From NCBI RefSeq assembly GCF_964213995.1, contig NC_135801.1, forward strand, positions 92,380,001 to 92,444,000: 64,000 nt of DNA, given 5' to 3'. The notes beneath the pieces were generated by a model. That model ran no database searches, was not told where the DNA came from, and was given only the letters and a program-made list of their open reading frames with translations. Below, piece by piece: positions 61,240-64,000 of the stretch (position 1 is its first letter; the number at the start of each line of letters is the position of its first letter). Origin of the DNA: Mustelus asterias. Lineage: Eukaryota. The translations under genes were made by a program, and so were the position numbers.

Positions 61240-62958
61240 TTCCAGCACAGTGGAGAAGCACAACTCACAGGCTGCCCTAAGGTTTTGGTTTTCCAGTTTG
61301 CAGTATTGGATGTTTGCTTTGGAAGATTGTGTGGCTCAAATCTATATTAATGACTTGGATGAAGGGACAGAATGTATGGTTGCTAAATTTGCTGATAATG
61401 CAAAGATAGGTAGGAGAATAAGTTGTGAAGAGGACATAAAGGCTTAGATTTTCACTTATGACGGGCTGACTTGCGAGCCTTTTAAAAAAGGTGGCCAAGT
61501 CCAGATTCCAGGATTGCCAATCCCATTCCCAGGATCTTTGATTTTCCGGAGTGTCTTAAAAAGGTGTGGGCTGATTCTTGTCAAAACGCCTGCATCTGGC
61601 ACTCCCAACATGGCCTGCTGTATTGAGGGGATAGGCATTTCCTACTCCTCTGCAATTTTCATGGAATCGGCCAGGTTTTTAAAGAGCTGTAGTTCGTGGC
61701 TCCTTAGAAGAGATGCAAACCCTAGTGTGCATGTGGGACCTTTTAAAAATTAAGTTCAAAAGTTTCCCCTCATGCCCTTCCACTCGCCCCTTATCATCCA
61801 TCATGCCTCCTATGTCCATGCCTATTGACCCACTATACACTGTCTAGAACCAATGAACCCTATAGTGTATAGTGGCAAGTGTAAAAAAAAAGCTTTAAAA
61901 TGTAATTCATTCATAACTTCCTCCTATGTTGAAAAAAGTAATTTCGCTATTAGCTATTAACAGTGCCAATCACCCAGACCCTTTAAAGTATCATCAAAAA
62001 AACCATCAGACCCTTGAAACCCCTGTTTAAACAAATTGTGAAATTGACAGCAGAGTTCTGAGCTGTCAAACAAACAATGTTTCTTGTGGGGAGCAGCAGC
62101 TGGTTCAACAAACATATTTGTCTGGGCTTCACCAAGCCTCATTATGTATGCTTGGCTGAGAACCCAAATAATCACGAGAGGACGACAGCACCCGCTCCCC
62201 AGAAAAAGATTGAGCAGGCCAATGGGCATGGAAGTGCCACAGCTTACATAGGTGTATGATGTGGCATGGGTGTGAGTGAGGGACATGATGTGGCATGGAT
62301 ATGACATGAGTGTTTGGAGGATGACGGGGTGAGATCAGTGAAGGCTGGAGGGACTTTGTATTTTCATTTAAAATGGGACAAAGCCCCATAGCTCTGAGGG
62401 GAGCCTATCCCCACCACCTGGCCATGAAGATCCTTCACTCAGGTGCTTTCTGGTGGGATGAGCTGAATTTTTCCCGACTCCCACTACCACCTTGAGGATG
62501 AAAATTCAGGTCAAGAAGTCTGCAAAAGGGATATAGATAGTTTGAGTGAATGGCCAAATAATTGACAGTTGGAGTATAATGCGGGGAAATATGAACTTGT
62601 TCACTTTGGAAGGAAAAACAGAAAAGCAGTACTGGAGTGAGATTGCAGAACTCTGAGGTAACAGAGAAATTTGGTTATCTTGGTAAATTAATCACCAAAA
62701 GTTAATACGCAGGTATAGCAAGTCATTAGGAAGGCAAATGAAATGTTGTTTATTGCAAGGGGAATATAAAAGTAGGGAAGTTTTTCTATAGTTGTACAGG
62801 GCAAGGCATTGGTGTCTTGGAATACAGTGTGCAGTTCTAGTCTCTTAATTTAAGAAGGGATATAATTGCATTAGAAACAGTTAATTGAAGGTTCATTCGA
62901 CCGATTTCTGGGATGAAGGAGCTTTCTTATGAGGGAAGGTTGGATTAGTTGGACCTGT
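61240..62958 (+). mobile_element. Older CR1 RT/C-terminal fragment split by a DNA transposon
   Basis: IYINDLDEGTECMVAKFADNAKIGR..SCEEDIK ends at 61440 and resumes as agtctgcaaaaggggatatagatag (SLQ.DID.LSEW) near 62515. Confidence 0.85.
61441..62512. mobile_element. ~1.07-kb non-autonomous Harbinger-like element
   Basis: Interrupts collinear CR1 sequence; imperfect TIRs ggcttagattttca...tgaaaattcaggtc; complementary internal catgcc/ggcatg tracts. Confidence 0.65.
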
Positions 62959-62959
62959 A

Positions 62960-64000
62960 GTTTACTTTAGCGATGGAAAGGGATAGGTATATACCGAAGG
63001 GCAAGAGTTATAGCTGGAGGAAAGGAAATTATGATGCGATTAGGCGAGATTTGGGATGCATAGGTTGGGGAAGGAAACTGCAGGGAATGGGCACAATTGA
63101 AATGTGGAGCTTGTTCAAGGAACAGCTACTGCGTGTCCTTGATAAGTATGTACCTGTCAGGCAGGGAGGAAGTGGTCGAGTGAGGGAACCGTGGTTTACT
63201 AAAGAAGTTGAATCTCTTGTGAAGAGGAAGAAGGAGATTTATGTAAAGATGAGACGTGAAGGCTCAGTTAGGGCGCTTGAGAGTTACAAGTTAGCCGGGA
63301 AGGACCTAAAGAGAGAGTTAAGAAGAGCCAGGGGGGGACATGAGAAGTCTTTGGCAGGTAGGATCAAGGAAAACCCTAAAGCTTTCTCTATAGGTATGTC
63401 AGGAATAAAAGAATGACTAGAGTAAGATTAGGGCCAGTCAAGGACAGTAGTGGGAAGTTGTGCGTGGAGTCTGAAGAGATAGGAGAGGCGCGAAGTGAAT
63501 ATTTTTCGTCAGTATTCACGCAGGAAAAAGACAATGTTGTCGAGGAGAATACTGAGATACAGGCTATTGGACTAGACGGGATTGAGGTTAATAAGGAGGA
63601 GGTATTAGCAATTCTGGAAAGTGTGAAAATAGATAAGTCCCCTGGGCCGGATGGGATTTATCCTAGGATTCTCTGGGAGGCTAGGGAGGAGATTGCAGAG
63701 CCTTTAGCTTTGATCTTTATGTCATCATTGTCTACAAGAATAGTGCCAGAAGACTGGAGGATAGCAAATGTTGTCCCCTTGTTCAAGAAGGGGAGTAGAG
63801 ACAACCCTGGTAATTATAGACCAGTGAGCTTTACTTCTGTTGTGGGCAAAGTTTTGGAAAGGATTATAAGAGATAGGATTTATAATCATCAAGAAAGGAA
63901 TAATTTGATTAGGGATAGTCAACACGGTTTTGTGAAGGGTAGGTCGTGCCTCACAAACCTTATTGAGTTATTTGGGAAGGTGACCAAAGAGGTGGATGAG
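62960..64000 (+). mobile_element. Young 5'-truncated CR1 (HER1-like) LINE ORF2, continues past the window
   Basis: WRKGNYDAIR...PWFTKEV...RIKENPKAF, one frameshift near 63385, then open YVRNKRMTR...KSPGPDGIYPRIL...PEDWRIANVVPLFKKG.RDNPGNYRPVS...SQHGFVKGRSCLTNL. Confidence 0.95.

Larger units (their letters stand above)
1..64000 (+). other. slit2: slit2 transcription unit, partial: end of intron 1 through part of intron 4
   Basis: Three in-order + strand LRR exons with canonical AG/GT sites. Intron 2 = 1106-2302, intron 3 = 2375-20054, intron 4 starts at 20127 and runs off the window; no exon-5-like DLSENQI sequence seen. Confidence 0.9.

Noticed and set aside
20127-64000. miR-218 or a nested protein-coding gene in the large intron
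   Set aside because: No TTGTGCTTGATCTAACCATGT hairpin seen (ttgtgcttgat near 56095 is an isolated partial match), and no non-TE ORF with recognisable homology. Small exons could have been missed by eye.

Overview
Eukaryotic genomic DNA, most likely from a shark or other elasmobranch (inferred from HE1/V-SINE, SacSINE1/DeuSINE-like, CR1, Penelope-like and Harbinger repeats). The whole window lies inside one + strand slit2 gene. Three symmetric 72-nt phase-2 LRR exons (1034-1105, 2303-2374, 20055-20126; equivalent to vertebrate SLIT2 exons 2-4) splice to [72 protein letters not shown]. The rest is intron: 1.2 kb, 17.7 kb, and more than 43.8 kb of intron 4. No exon 1 or exon 5 was found. The introns hold many, often nested, transposon relics and an assembly gap at 29243-29821. 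Nearly all ORF-track entries are spurious or TE-derived. I found no demonstrably new biological system. The best leads are a TSD-flanked Penelope-type palindrome with a hammerhead-like core, a V-SINE subfamily with a swapped 3' tail, several SINE/LINE shared-tail pairs, a Harbinger transposase fossil with candidate MITEs, an RT-less CR1, and a speculative decayed signal-peptide/LRRNT-like exon in intron 4. Repeat families were assigned by eye from remembered consensus features; their boundaries are approximate.
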